Below are positions 18,268 through 27,084 of a stretch of 64,000 nt of DNA, one piece after another; positions within the stretch are counted from its first letter, which is position 1; every line of letters starts with the position of its first letter. The DNA is from Myxococcota bacterium. GTDB lineage: Bacteria > Myxococcota > XYA12-FULL-58-9 > JALHOP01. The position numbers were made by a program, and so were the translations under genes. Location of the stretch: assembly GCA_041288095.1 (NCBI GenBank), contig JBGGMJ010000089.1, forward strand, positions 9,517 through 73,516, in the 5' to 3' direction. The notes below the pieces were generated by a model. It made no database searches, was not told the DNA's origin, and worked only from the letters and a program-made list of their open reading frames with translations.

Positions 18268-18333
18268 GGCCGTAGTGTAAGGCAACGCCGCGGGTTGGTG
18301 CCATGGGGTCAGAGCCGCGCGTCGGCCGGCGAG

Positions 18334-18360
18334 AGAACGGCGGTTCGTTGCCGGCGATAA
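18334..18360 (+). promoter_or_regulatory. Sigma-28-like promoter AGAAC-N14-GGCGATAA
   Basis: Read directly; 46 nt upstream of GTG 18407. Confidence 0.55.
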
Positions 18361-18406
18361 CGGACGCGTAGCTGAACCGACGACGTGAAACGTGCAGGAG
18401 TGCGCC

Positions 18407-19345
18407 GTGCAAGGGACTCAGATCTTTGGAGACTACCGACTCAAGCCCATGGCCGCTTGGTTCGACGCGGCGGTGAGCGCTACGGGTAACACCCCCGGCA
18501 AGGTCGACCCCCAAGAAGCCATCCAGGGGATGCTCGTGCTCAGCGACGTCCTGGGAAGCGAGTCGGTGCGCGAGCAACGCCACCTCAAGTCGACCGCCAT
18601 CGGCGACCTCAAGGAGCTCGCCAAGAGCGGAGCCATCGATGCCGCCGCCATCAAGGCGATCCAACAAGCGCGGCCTCTGTTCGCGGGTGCGCCTTCCCAC
18701 CTGCGCGGCATTCTCGTGTCCTTGGTGCTCGGCGAGCGCATCTCGAGCTCCTATCACTCGTCCATGTTCGCGGACGCGAGCGCCCTCTCGCAGATGGTCC
18801 AATGCCTGATGCACAACTTCCACCCTGGCCAGGAAGCGGCGTCATTGCGCGAGATCGAGCAAGCCCTCACGCACGTCGCGCGCCACGGCGAGGTCGTCCA
18901 CGGCGAGGACGCGGCCAATGTCCGCGACGCCCTGCTGACCATGCACGTGTTCCTGCGCGATCGGCTGGCGACCGCCGGCAAACGCGAGCAATCACTCGAC
19001 GACGTGATGTACACCGCCGACAAGTGGGCGTTCTCGACGAACGAAGGCCGGCGCGTTGCGCGTGCTTCCACGCAAGACGCGCTGCACCACATTGGTCTCG
19101 CTCTGCGCGGCATCGAGCACACGAAGATCTCCAGCGAAGAGGGGCAAGCGCTCCTCAACTTTCTCGGAGACCGATTCCACGGCTTGAACGGCGACCCGCG
19201 CCGCGGCCTCGCCAAGCTCAAGGAGACGGCTTACTCGGAGGGTGACTTCGCCGACGGCAAGCGCCAGCTGCTACGCGACGTGCGCAAGGTCGAGAGCGAC
19301 TTCGAGCTCGGAGCGCGACGCGCGGTCGGTGGACGGCTGGTCTGA
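18407..19345 (+). CDS. Hypothetical helical protein
   Basis: GTG 18407 after AGGAG; coding-like composition; no signal peptide. Confidence 0.7.
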   Translation: MQGTQIFGDYRLKPMAAWFDAAVSATGNTPGKVDPQEAIQGMLVLSDVLGSESVREQRHLKSTAIGDLKELAKSGAIDAAAIKAIQQARPLFAGAPSHLRGILVSLVLGERISSSYHSSMFADASALSQMVQCLMHNFHPGQEAASLREIEQALTHVARHGEVVHGEDAANVRDALLTMHVFLRDRLATAGKREQSLDDVMYTADKWAFSTNEGRRVARASTQDALHHIGLALRGIEHTKISSEEGQALLNFLGDRFHGLNGDPRRGLAKLKETAYSEGDFADGKRQLLRDVRKVESDFELGARRAVGGRLV

Positions 19346-19361
19346 GTTGGCGGCGCCGGCG

Positions 19362-20324
19362 CTAACGCTGGTGCTGGAACGACAGCTCGCGGTCACCGAA
19401 GCGACTCGCGACGAAGCGTGACTCGAGCCGGATTGCCCCGAGCCGTTGCTCCGGCGCGCCATCGGCGGCGCGGCCGTAGACGTCGTAGACGACTTCGCCG
19501 GAGCGGATATCACCAAGCTCGGCGCGGAAATCACGCTGCGTGTCGGGAGCGAAGCGCAAGCTCTGTCGCGGGGCGAAACGAATGCTCGCCGGCGACTGCG
19601 CGTCCGCAATAGCGTTGCCACGCGCATCGGTGGTGCCCATCGCCGCGACCGAGCGCCGCGTGGGATTGGCGACGCGCTGCAGGAAGAGATTCGCGAAGCG
19701 GAAGGTCCACGAGGTCGGGTCAGGGAGCGCGGTCGATGGACTGCGCTCGAAGAAGTCGCGCGACTGCTGCGCATCGAGGCTGGGGATGGCGTGGAGATTG
19801 ACGGAGGGCCGCCCATCCACGAAGAGCTTCACGGCGATACCCGCGATGTACTGCCTGTCGTCGGCGCCGAGCGACAGGCGCGCGATGCCGGCGGCGCCGC
19901 TGCGCCAGATGCCCGAATACGGCGTCGCTGGATCGGGCTCGAAGCGCACTTGGGCGACCGTGCCGTGCGGGTGGAAGACCTTCTCGCGGTCGGGACGCAC
20001 GTCCTCGGCGAGGTCGAACGACTGCGCCAGAGTCGCGCGGTCCCAGAGGATACGGAGGGTCTCGCCTGTGCCTTTCGCGGTGATGCCCTGCCCGCCCACA
20101 GGGGGCAGCTGCGCGTAGGGCTCGCTGGAAACGGCGCGCCATAGACGCGCGCGCTTGGTCGCGGCGTCGAGGGCGCGGTACTCGGGGCCGGACAGCGGAG
20201 CAACGGGTCCGGTGTCCGCGGTAGGCGCCGCGGCGGTCGGGGTAGAGGCCGGCGCTGGCGTTGCGCCGGTCATCGGGGCAGCGATGGGTGAAGGTGCCAC
20301 GGGTTGGACGCGAACGTCGGTCAT
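19362..20324 (-). CDS. Catalase-fold-like protein with Pro/Ala/Thr-rich N-terminus
   Basis: KVFHPHGTVAQVRF, GIARLSLG and GIAVKLFV resemble the catalase beta-barrel core; start MTDVRVQP after GGAG. Confidence 0.65.
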   Translation of the reverse strand: MTDVRVQPVAPSPIAAPMTGATPAPASTPTAAAPTADTGPVAPLSGPEYRALDAATKRARLWRAVSSEPYAQLPPVGGQGITAKGTGETLRILWDRATLAQSFDLAEDVRPDREKVFHPHGTVAQVRFEPDPATPYSGIWRSGAAGIARLSLGADDRQYIAGIAVKLFVDGRPSVNLHAIPSLDAQQSRDFFERSPSTALPDPTSWTFRFANLFLQRVANPTRRSVAAMGTTDARGNAIADAQSPASIRFAPRQSLRFAPDTQRDFRAELGDIRSGEVVYDVYGRAADGAPEQRLGAIRLESRFVASRFGDRELSFQHQR

Positions 20325-20349
20325 TGCTCGAGCTCCGATGAAAGTCGGA

Positions 20350-20376
20350 ATATCGAGCGCAGGCCCCGCGAGTTGC
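20350..20376 (-). promoter_or_regulatory. Sigma-28-like promoter GCAAC-N14-CTCGATAT
   Basis: Reverse complement read directly; 25 nt upstream of ATG 20324. Confidence 0.55.
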
Positions 20377-20435
20377 CCGAACCACCGCCAGCCCGAGTGC
20401 CGACGCTGCACACGTGCACGTCAGCGAGAGCGCGC

Positions 20436-21011
20436 CTATGTGCGCTTTTGCGTGCTCAAAGTTCGCAGGATCGTGGACAGCCCTTCGCACGAGGCGAAGC
20501 TCAAGCGCACCGCGCCGATCTGCACGACGTCACCGTTCTTGAGGGCGATGGCCTCACCGCGGTCATAGCGAGGCACGGCGATTCCGTTGAGCAACGTCCC
20601 GTTGCGCGAGCCGGCGTCGGCAAGCCAATAGCGGTCGGCGTCGAAGCGGACGAGCGTGTGCATCTTCGACACCGACGGATGCGCGATGGGGATGCTGTTG
20701 CGCCCGAGTCGGCCGAGGCTCGCCCACGGCGCGATCTGTGAGCGAGGTTCCTTGGGGATGGTGAACACGAGCTCGCGACCATCGAACGTGAAGACGGGCG
20801 ACGCTTTGAGCTCGCTCGCGGATACCGCGATGGTCGCGAAACGCGCGCCGATGGGTCGCTCGTCGCTCGGCTGCTCGATCAAGCGCTGGATGAGAAAGCC
20901 GCGGCCGAGCGCGTGCTCGAGGTCGCGCGGAGTTGCGCGCGGGAAACGCTCGACGAGATCCGTCAAAGCAAAGCCCAGGTCGCGCTTGGCGTTGACGATG
21001 GTCGGGCTCAT
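20436..21011 (-). CDS. FHA domain protein
   Basis: LGR...SVSKMH...DAGSRNGTLLNG...GDVVQIG; ATGA overlap with the upstream TPR gene. Confidence 0.9.
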   Translation of the reverse strand: MSPTIVNAKRDLGFALTDLVERFPRATPRDLEHALGRGFLIQRLIEQPSDERPIGARFATIAVSASELKASPVFTFDGRELVFTIPKEPRSQIAPWASLGRLGRNSIPIAHPSVSKMHTLVRFDADRYWLADAGSRNGTLLNGIAVPRYDRGEAIALKNGDVVQIGAVRLSFASCEGLSTILRTLSTQKRT

Positions 21012-21706
21012 CGGGCGTCCACCGCGCCGAGAGAACCGGTCGGCTCGACGACCTCCGTGCTCGGCCGCGTCAGCAGCACCGCGGTGACCGCGCCCGCCGC
21101 GACGATGGCCCCGACGCCGGCCCAGAACCACCAGCGCTTATACACGGGGGGCTCGTCTTGAGCTGGTGGGGGGGAGCGCTCGCTCAAGGCCAGCGCGAGT
21201 TGTTGGTCTTCGGCGGCGACGACGGTGGTCTCCGCGGGGGCTGCCGGCGCCGCCTCCCCTGCCGTCACCACGGCGGGCGTAGCAGCTGGCCTCCCTTCTT
21301 CCTCGACCTTGGGGGGCGGCGTCGCGTCCGCTACAGCGGCCTCGCGCAATCGCCTGATTTCGGCGATCTCGTCTTCGACGACGCGCCGGTCACCGGCCGT
21401 GGGGTCTTCACGCAGGTACTCCTCGAAGAAGTAGAGGGCGCGGTCGTAGTCCTTTAGGTAGCGGTGGCACTGTCCGATATTGAAGAGCAGCGCCGGGACG
21501 CGCTCGTAGCTGTAAGCCTTCTCGAAATGGACGATGGCTTTCTGGAAGTGAGCGAGCTCCGCTTCTTTCTTTCCGAGCTTGAACTCCTTGCGAGCGCGGG
21601 CCACGTTGGCGGGCTTCTTCTTCGCGGCCTCGGCCGGTCCCGCCAACTGGACGAGGAGTGCCAGGAGGACGAACGGCGCCACCGCCGCGCGGGCAAGCGA
21701 GCTCAT
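21008..21706 (-). CDS. Exported TPR protein with C-terminal membrane anchor
   Basis: Signal peptide; FEKAY...LLFNIGQCHR...FEEYL TPR; PVYKRWWFW followed by a TM segment. Confidence 0.85.
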   Translation of the reverse strand: MSSLARAAVAPFVLLALLVQLAGPAEAAKKKPANVARARKEFKLGKKEAELAHFQKAIVHFEKAYSYERVPALLFNIGQCHRYLKDYDRALYFFEEYLREDPTAGDRRVVEDEIAEIRRLREAAVADATPPPKVEEEGRPAATPAVVTAGEAAPAAPAETTVVAAEDQQLALALSERSPPPAQDEPPVYKRWWFWAGVGAIVAAGAVTAVLLTRPSTEVVEPTGSLGAVDAR

Positions 21707-22944
21707 TTGCGGCGCTCGAAAGGATCGATGAAGCCGCCCTTCCTGAGGCGTCCCTTCTTGCCCGTCTTCGCCTTCTTCGCCGGTTCCGCTTGAGCGGTAT
21801 CGGCACTCGTCGCGGGGTCGACTTTTGGCTCGGCGTCGCCGGCCGCCACGGGCGGTGTCACCGGGGGCGCGGGCTCAACTGTCGGCTCACGGCGCGTGAA
21901 CAGACCGCTGAGGGCCAACAACACGACGATGACGGCCGCCGCGGCACCGATGACGCTCAGGACGAGCTTGCGCTGGCGCTGCCGCCGGCGACGGGCGAGC
22001 GCTCCTTCACCGAAGGAGGTCGGCGTGAGCACGCGACCCGCTTCACCTTTGACCTGCAGGCTGTCGAGCAGCATGAGGCGCAGCCGCACCTCTTGCATGC
22101 TCTGTGGGCGGTCGGCGGGCTTGCGCGCAAGACACTGCATGACGAGCTCGTTGAGCTCCTGCGGCACCGGCTCCGGCAGGCCGGGAAGCTCCGCGACCGC
22201 TATCGCGTCAGCGGTGCACTTGCGCACCAAGACCTCACGCAGATCGTTACCGTCGTGCGGATGCTTGCCGCTGATCATCTCGTACATCATGACGCCGAAG
22301 GCATAGATATCCGCGAGGTCGTCGACGTCACCACCGTCGGCTTGCTCCGGCGCCATATAGAGCGGCGTGCCGATGATGACGTCGCTCTTCTCGGGCACGA
22401 TCAACGCGCCCTCGTCGTCGAGTAGTCGCGCGGCGCCGAAGTCGAACAGCTTCACGTAGTCTTGAATGCCGTCGCGCGTGAGCAGGAAGACGTTGTCGGG
22501 CTTGAGGTCCCGATGAACGACGCAGTCCTCATGGAGCGCCGCCAGCACGTCCGCGAGCTGCAACCAGATGTGCATCGAGCGCTTGAGCGTGAGACGCCCC
22601 GCGCCTTGCTCGAGATGCTCACGCAGGCTCCGGCCGGCGAGCAGCTCCATGATGTAGTACGCAGGGCCGCCGTTCGCCTCCGCGAAGTCGGTGACCTCGA
22701 TGAGATGCTCGTGGCGGATGCGGTTGACCGCGCGCGCCTCGGCGAAGAAGCGTCGGAGGTGCCCAGCATCGGCGGCGACGCGCGGCAGCAGCATCTTGAG
22801 CGCAACTTGTCTGCCCAAGCGCTGGTGCTTCGCACGATAGACGCGCCCCATCCCGCCTTCCGATATGACGGACTCCAAAACGTAGTCGCCAACGACGCTG
22901 CCCGTATCGGGTAACGACGTTTCGGCTGCGGGGGCAGCGCTCAT
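21703..22944 (-). CDS. Membrane-anchored Ser/Thr protein kinase
   Basis: GGMGRVY, VALK, HRDLKPDN, DFG, GTPLYMAPE, DIYAFG; one TM segment; C-terminal DPF. Confidence 0.93.
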   Translation of the reverse strand: MSAAPAAETSLPDTGSVVGDYVLESVISEGGMGRVYRAKHQRLGRQVALKMLLPRVAADAGHLRRFFAEARAVNRIRHEHLIEVTDFAEANGGPAYYIMELLAGRSLREHLEQGAGRLTLKRSMHIWLQLADVLAALHEDCVVHRDLKPDNVFLLTRDGIQDYVKLFDFGAARLLDDEGALIVPEKSDVIIGTPLYMAPEQADGGDVDDLADIYAFGVMMYEMISGKHPHDGNDLREVLVRKCTADAIAVAELPGLPEPVPQELNELVMQCLARKPADRPQSMQEVRLRLMLLDSLQVKGEAGRVLTPTSFGEGALARRRRQRQRKLVLSVIGAAAAVIVVLLALSGLFTRREPTVEPAPPVTPPVAAGDAEPKVDPATSADTAQAEPAKKAKTGKKGRLRKGGFIDPFERRK

Positions 22945-22963
22945 GCCTAAAGAGGCTACCTCA

Positions 22964-23572
22964 TCAACAATCTGCCGCACAGTTCTGCTTCTTCTCCTGT
23001 GGCGCCGAACAGCAGCCGTCCCCACACACCCGAGGACAGTCGCTCTCGCAGCCACAGAACGTTTCACCGGCGCTGCAACACGCGTCGCCGCAAGTCGGCG
23101 GACAGTCCGCCGCGCAGGTGCAATTCGACTCATTGATAGCGCATACGCCGTCTCCGCACGACGCAGGTGCCGCGACCACAAGGTCGATTAAGGCCGGGGT
23201 GAGGCTCTGGGCGAGAATAGCGACGTCCGTCACGCCCTCCGCGAGGCCCACGCCATCGTTGTAACCGGCCACGTCGACGCTCACGGTTTGGCCGCTACGA
23301 TCCTCGTCGAGGAGAATGACCAGCGTCTCTACTGTACCGAGAACTCGAGGAGTTTCCGGCACGAACGTCGGCCCATAGATGCGCACGCCCTCGAAGTCGA
23401 CGCTGACGCGCACCTGGTCGACCGTGGCGCTCTCGGTATGACGGATGGTCAGGTCCACGCCCGTCGCGTTGGGGTTCACAGTGGTCTCGGTTCCCCCACA
23501 CCCCCACACGCTGGCGATGAGCAGCAGAGTGGGAAACCGTTTGTTGCACCAGATCGCCGCCGCCGGGGTCAC
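22964..23572 (-). CDS. Lipoprotein with C-terminal CGDxxC Cys-rich repeats
   Basis: Lipobox-like VWGC; three CGD-based repeats, each ending in DC; GTG 23572 after GAGAGG. Confidence 0.75.
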   Translation of the reverse strand: MTPAAAIWCNKRFPTLLLIASVWGCGGTETTVNPNATGVDLTIRHTESATVDQVRVSVDFEGVRIYGPTFVPETPRVLGTVETLVILLDEDRSGQTVSVDVAGYNDGVGLAEGVTDVAILAQSLTPALIDLVVAAPASCGDGVCAINESNCTCAADCPPTCGDACCSAGETFCGCESDCPRVCGDGCCSAPQEKKQNCAADC

Positions 23573-23678
23573 GGGCCAATCGCCTCTCGTTGGGGGGACA
23601 ACGCATAGTTGTACCAGCAAATCGGCTGTTGCGTTGGGTCGACGCGTTTACGTCGCGCCGTTTCCACCGCGCAGCGGA

Positions 23679-24020
23679 TTATCGAGGACCCTGGTCGGCA
23701 CGGGCATCACGACACGCGGATGCGTTATGGTAGCCCAACCCCGCCGACAGTCCATACACCGCGCTCCAGATGGAGATGCCGATGATGGAGGACGTCACCG
23801 GTAACCCGGTCTCATCGACGTCGTCGCGATGCGTCGCGAGGGCAACCGCGCCGACGGCGAAAGCCAGAGCCAGAGTCGTGTCGACGATGGCCGGTGCATA
23901 CGAAGCATCACAATCGAAGCTCGCGAGCTCGCGATAGTTCGGCGGCGGCGGATCGGTGAGCATGAGCGCGCAGCCGTCGAGCAGCATGAGGGCAACGAGC
24001 GGGAGGGCAACGCTACGCAT
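23679..24020 (-). CDS. Hypothetical membrane lipoprotein
   Basis: MRSVALPLVALMLLDGC; two further hydrophobic segments. Confidence 0.65.
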   Translation of the reverse strand: MRSVALPLVALMLLDGCALMLTDPPPPNYRELASFDCDASYAPAIVDTTLALAFAVGAVALATHRDDVDETGLPVTSSIIGISIWSAVYGLSAGLGYHNASACRDARADQGPR

Positions 24021-24047
24021 CCGTGATAGAGGACGCTGAGTCACGAG

Positions 24048-24072
24048 TGAACATTCTATGCCGGGCGACGTC
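24048..24072 (+). promoter_or_regulatory. Possible ECF sigma promoter TGAAC-N16-CGTC
   Basis: AAC/CGT elements at 16 nt spacing, 9 nt before ATG 24082. Confidence 0.4.
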
Positions 24073-24081
24073 CGAAAAGCC

Positions 24082-24585
24082 ATGCGCATTGCGGCGACGG
24101 CGGCCCTCGTCGGGTCCTACATTGTGGTCGCGGGTTGCGGCGCCAGTGACTACGGCCCAGACACCTGCAATGACGGGACGACCATGCGCGACCCCGCCTT
24201 GGGCGCGCTGCTCGACGTCGACGGCGCGCAGCCGCGTATGACGATTGGCTGGCAGCCGGGCGTTGGTCGCGGCGCCGAGCTGCCCGCGGCCTACTTCGAA
24301 GCTGTCGAAGCCGTCGCGAGCGCGGAGTTGGCCGCGCTCATCGCAACCGTGAGCTACGTCGATCCGCGGGAGCTGCACCTCACGTTCGCGCCGCTCACGA
24401 ACTACCTCGCGCAGCATGACCGACTCGCGTTCGCCCTTCGCTTCCCCGACCGCGCCGCGTTCATCGATTGCACCCACCCCGGCAGCGCCGACGCCTATCT
24501 TCTCGAAGTCGAGATCGTCTTCGATAGCGACCTCGAGGTCCTCACGGCGACCTTCAACGAGCGCGTTCTACTGGGCGACATTTGA
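24082..24585 (+). CDS. Hypothetical lipoprotein
   Basis: MRIAATAALVGSYIVVAGC lipobox. Confidence 0.7.
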   Translation: MRIAATAALVGSYIVVAGCGASDYGPDTCNDGTTMRDPALGALLDVDGAQPRMTIGWQPGVGRGAELPAAYFEAVEAVASAELAALIATVSYVDPRELHLTFAPLTNYLAQHDRLAFALRFPDRAAFIDCTHPGSADAYLLEVEIVFDSDLEVLTATFNERVLLGDI

Positions 24586-24597
24586 AGCCCGAGCAAG

Positions 24598-25491
24598 TCA
24601 GCGTCGGCGGTTCCCCAGGTGGATGAACTGCTTGTGCCAGCTCTCCGATTCACGATCGTGTCGTCGGTCTTCTTCGTAGGTGTCGATCGGTGAGCTCGAG
24701 CGGCCGTAGCGCTCCGCGAGTCGTGAAGCCTCGCTGAAGCTAGCACCCGTTCGCCACCTGAAGTCGCGCTCGAGCTCTCGGCGCTGATCCTGCTTGTAGT
24801 CCCGAACCGGGTCCCGGGATCCGCGATAGCGTTTCGCCAAGACCTCGGCATCAGCCGAATCGCGGTCCCAGAAGAGCTGGCGGCGGAAGGCCTCGACGAC
24901 CTCGTCCCGGCGCGGCGACGTGGAGCGCGGAACGGGCGCATGGACAGGGACGCCGTAGTCGGTGCCGAACACCAGCCACGGCTGCGTCACGAGCAGGTGC
25001 CCGAGTGACAGCTGCGTGGCGTTGTACAGCGCGCGGTTGTCCGGGGTGAGGATGTGCCCCATGACGAGCGCTTCGGAAACGCCGGCGCGCCGCAGATGGC
25101 CCGGGATGTCGGCGATGATGGCGCTGGCACGCACCATGCCGCGCTCGAGCCCTCGGCGCACACTCCTTGCGAGCGCCGCGTCCCCGATGTGCCTGGCGAG
25201 CAGGTCCGAACCCAGCAGATCCGCCGTCAACTTCATCTTGGCTTCGAGGAGCACACGCACACTCAGCGGCCGCCCGGCATTCGCCGAAAGCACCGTCGCG
25301 GCGCGTTGCGTGAGCGCCTTGTAGAGCGCCCGGTGCTCCGGCTTGACCTGTTCCACGAAAGCAGACTCGAGTCGTAGCGCCGCCCAGATTGCCGTGCCCG
25401 TGAGCTTCTTCGTCCGCCGGCGCGGGCTAGCCACAGGTGGAGCCGTCGAGACTTTCCGTTCACGCGAGGCGCCGAGACGTTCTGTGGTCAT
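24598..25491 (-). CDS. Hypothetical basic protein
   Basis: Long ORF; start MTTERLG chosen because GCCGATAA lies 7 nt upstream (alternative start 25533). Confidence 0.65.
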   Translation of the reverse strand: MTTERLGASRERKVSTAPPVASPRRRTKKLTGTAIWAALRLESAFVEQVKPEHRALYKALTQRAATVLSANAGRPLSVRVLLEAKMKLTADLLGSDLLARHIGDAALARSVRRGLERGMVRASAIIADIPGHLRRAGVSEALVMGHILTPDNRALYNATQLSLGHLLVTQPWLVFGTDYGVPVHAPVPRSTSPRRDEVVEAFRRQLFWDRDSADAEVLAKRYRGSRDPVRDYKQDQRRELERDFRWRTGASFSEASRLAERYGRSSSPIDTYEEDRRHDRESESWHKQFIHLGNRRR

Positions 25492-25498
25492 ACGGCGC

Positions 25499-25506
25499 TT
25501 ATCGGC
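25499..25506 (-). promoter_or_regulatory. Sigma-28-like -10 element GCCGATAA (GCAAC present but only 9 nt away)
   Basis: Exact -10 match, positioned as for a leaderless transcript. Confidence 0.4.
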
Positions 25507-25554
25507 AGGGCTAAGGTTGCCGAGCTCTGACATTCTGGCGCGGAAGCAGGGGGC

Positions 25555-26946
25555 TCACACCACTCGCTGCAACACGGCGGCGATCTCCGCGACGCTCGCC
25601 GGCCGCTTCTTCGGGTCGCGATCGAGGCAGCGCAGCACCGCGATGTCGAGCGCTTTGGGCACGGGCTTACCACTTACCGCGCTCGGTGGGCGTGGCGCCT
25701 CGGTAACCTGGCGCAGGATCATCTCCGTCCAGCTCGACGCCTTGAACGGCAGCTCGCCGGTCAGCATGGCGAAGAGCACGACGCCCAAGCTGTAAATGTC
25801 CGAGCGAGCATCGACGGGCTCTCCCATCAGCTGCTCGGGCGCCATGTAACCCGGCGTTCCCACCACCTGGCCGGCGAGGGTGCGCGGTGCTTCGAAGGTC
25901 GTGTCCACGCGGAGCTTGGCGATGCCGAAGTCGAGCAGCTTCACGAAGTCTGGATTGCCGGCACGGCGCAGCAACATGACATTCTGCGGCTTGAGGTCGC
26001 GGTGCACGATGCCTGCCTTGTGGACGGCCTCGAGAGCGCCGCAGAGCTGCTTACCGATGACGGCAATCCGCGATAACGGAAGAGAACCATTGCTACTGAG
26101 CTCCGCGCTCAGGGTTTGGCCGACCAAGAGCTCCATGACGATGAACACATGGTCCTCGCCGACGACGAGGTCCGTGATCTGCACGATGTTGTCGTGGGAG
26201 ATCTGATTCACCAGCCGTGCTTCATCGTAGAAGCGGCGCAGGGCCCCGCGGTCGTGAACATGTTGGTCTTGCAGGAGCTTCAACGCGACCTTGCGGCCGA
26301 GCAAGGTGTGTTGGGCGAGAAACACGTCGCCCATGCCGCCCGACCCGATGCGCTCGACGATGGTGTAGCGGCCAAGCGTGTCGCCCTTCTGCACGCCACG
26401 CGCGGCTCGCGGCGGAGGCGGAGGTTGCGCCGCACGGGGGACTACCGCTGGGGCTGCTTCAGCGGACACCACGACGGCGGGAGGCTTGGCCGACACCGCT
26501 CGTTGCGGCAGCGCGACGGCTTGCAACTTCGCGGCAGGTAGCGGCGGCGGCGTCTCGACTGCGACCATCGACCAGCGAGGTTGGCTGTCGCTTTGATGCG
26601 CCGAGAGCTCGTCGAGATAGGCCTTGAGCTCGACCTGCATGCGGGCGTCGATGCCCAAAAAGCGCATGCCCATGCCGGAGGGGCGATTGCGGCTCGAGTC
26701 CGTGGCCGCGCGGGTCCACACCACCTGCACGCGACTCGTGATCTCGAGGGACGGGCCGAACGCGCCCGGCAAGACGATGTCGACGTCGACCACGGAGCCC
26801 GGACGCAACAGCGGCGCACCGGAGACGAACATCCCGGTCTCGCTGATGTTGATGGCGCTCCAATCGGGACGCTGCTTTGCGGCCCGCGGCATCACAGGGG
26901 CAAGCACGGACCATCGCGGCGCCGGCTTGACCGAGGCGAAGCTCAT
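25555..26946 (-). CDS. PilZ-like domain - Ser/Thr kinase fusion, copy 1
   Basis: KPAPR, NISETGMFV, VVW and GMGMRF in the PilZ-like domain; Pro/Ala linker; GSGGMG, HRDLKPQN, DFG, YMAPE; no TM segment. Confidence 0.9.
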   Translation of the reverse strand: MSFASVKPAPRWSVLAPVMPRAAKQRPDWSAINISETGMFVSGAPLLRPGSVVDVDIVLPGAFGPSLEITSRVQVVWTRAATDSSRNRPSGMGMRFLGIDARMQVELKAYLDELSAHQSDSQPRWSMVAVETPPPLPAAKLQAVALPQRAVSAKPPAVVVSAEAAPAVVPRAAQPPPPPRAARGVQKGDTLGRYTIVERIGSGGMGDVFLAQHTLLGRKVALKLLQDQHVHDRGALRRFYDEARLVNQISHDNIVQITDLVVGEDHVFIVMELLVGQTLSAELSSNGSLPLSRIAVIGKQLCGALEAVHKAGIVHRDLKPQNVMLLRRAGNPDFVKLLDFGIAKLRVDTTFEAPRTLAGQVVGTPGYMAPEQLMGEPVDARSDIYSLGVVLFAMLTGELPFKASSWTEMILRQVTEAPRPPSAVSGKPVPKALDIAVLRCLDRDPKKRPASVAEIAAVLQRVV

Positions 26947-27021
26947 ACTACCAGTCCAATCCGCCGCTCCCCCCACCCCCACGACGACTGGAGCCGGCGT
27001 CGATCCTCGTCGACCCTAGAA

Positions 27022-27049
27022 ATCGTATCAGTGCGCCTGGGCGATGCAA
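27022..27049 (-). promoter_or_regulatory. Sigma-70-type promoter TTGCAT-N16-TACGAT
   Basis: Conserved upstream of the paralog at 51902-51930. Confidence 0.55.
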
Positions 27050-27084
27050 CCGGGTTCGAGGCCGCCCGGGCTGACAGCGCGGCG

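Noticed and set aside
23679..23686. Other CGATAA-like hits (23679, 5523, 26071, and GCCGACAA at 36687)
   Set aside because: No -35 element at 14-15 nt spacing; most are intragenic.
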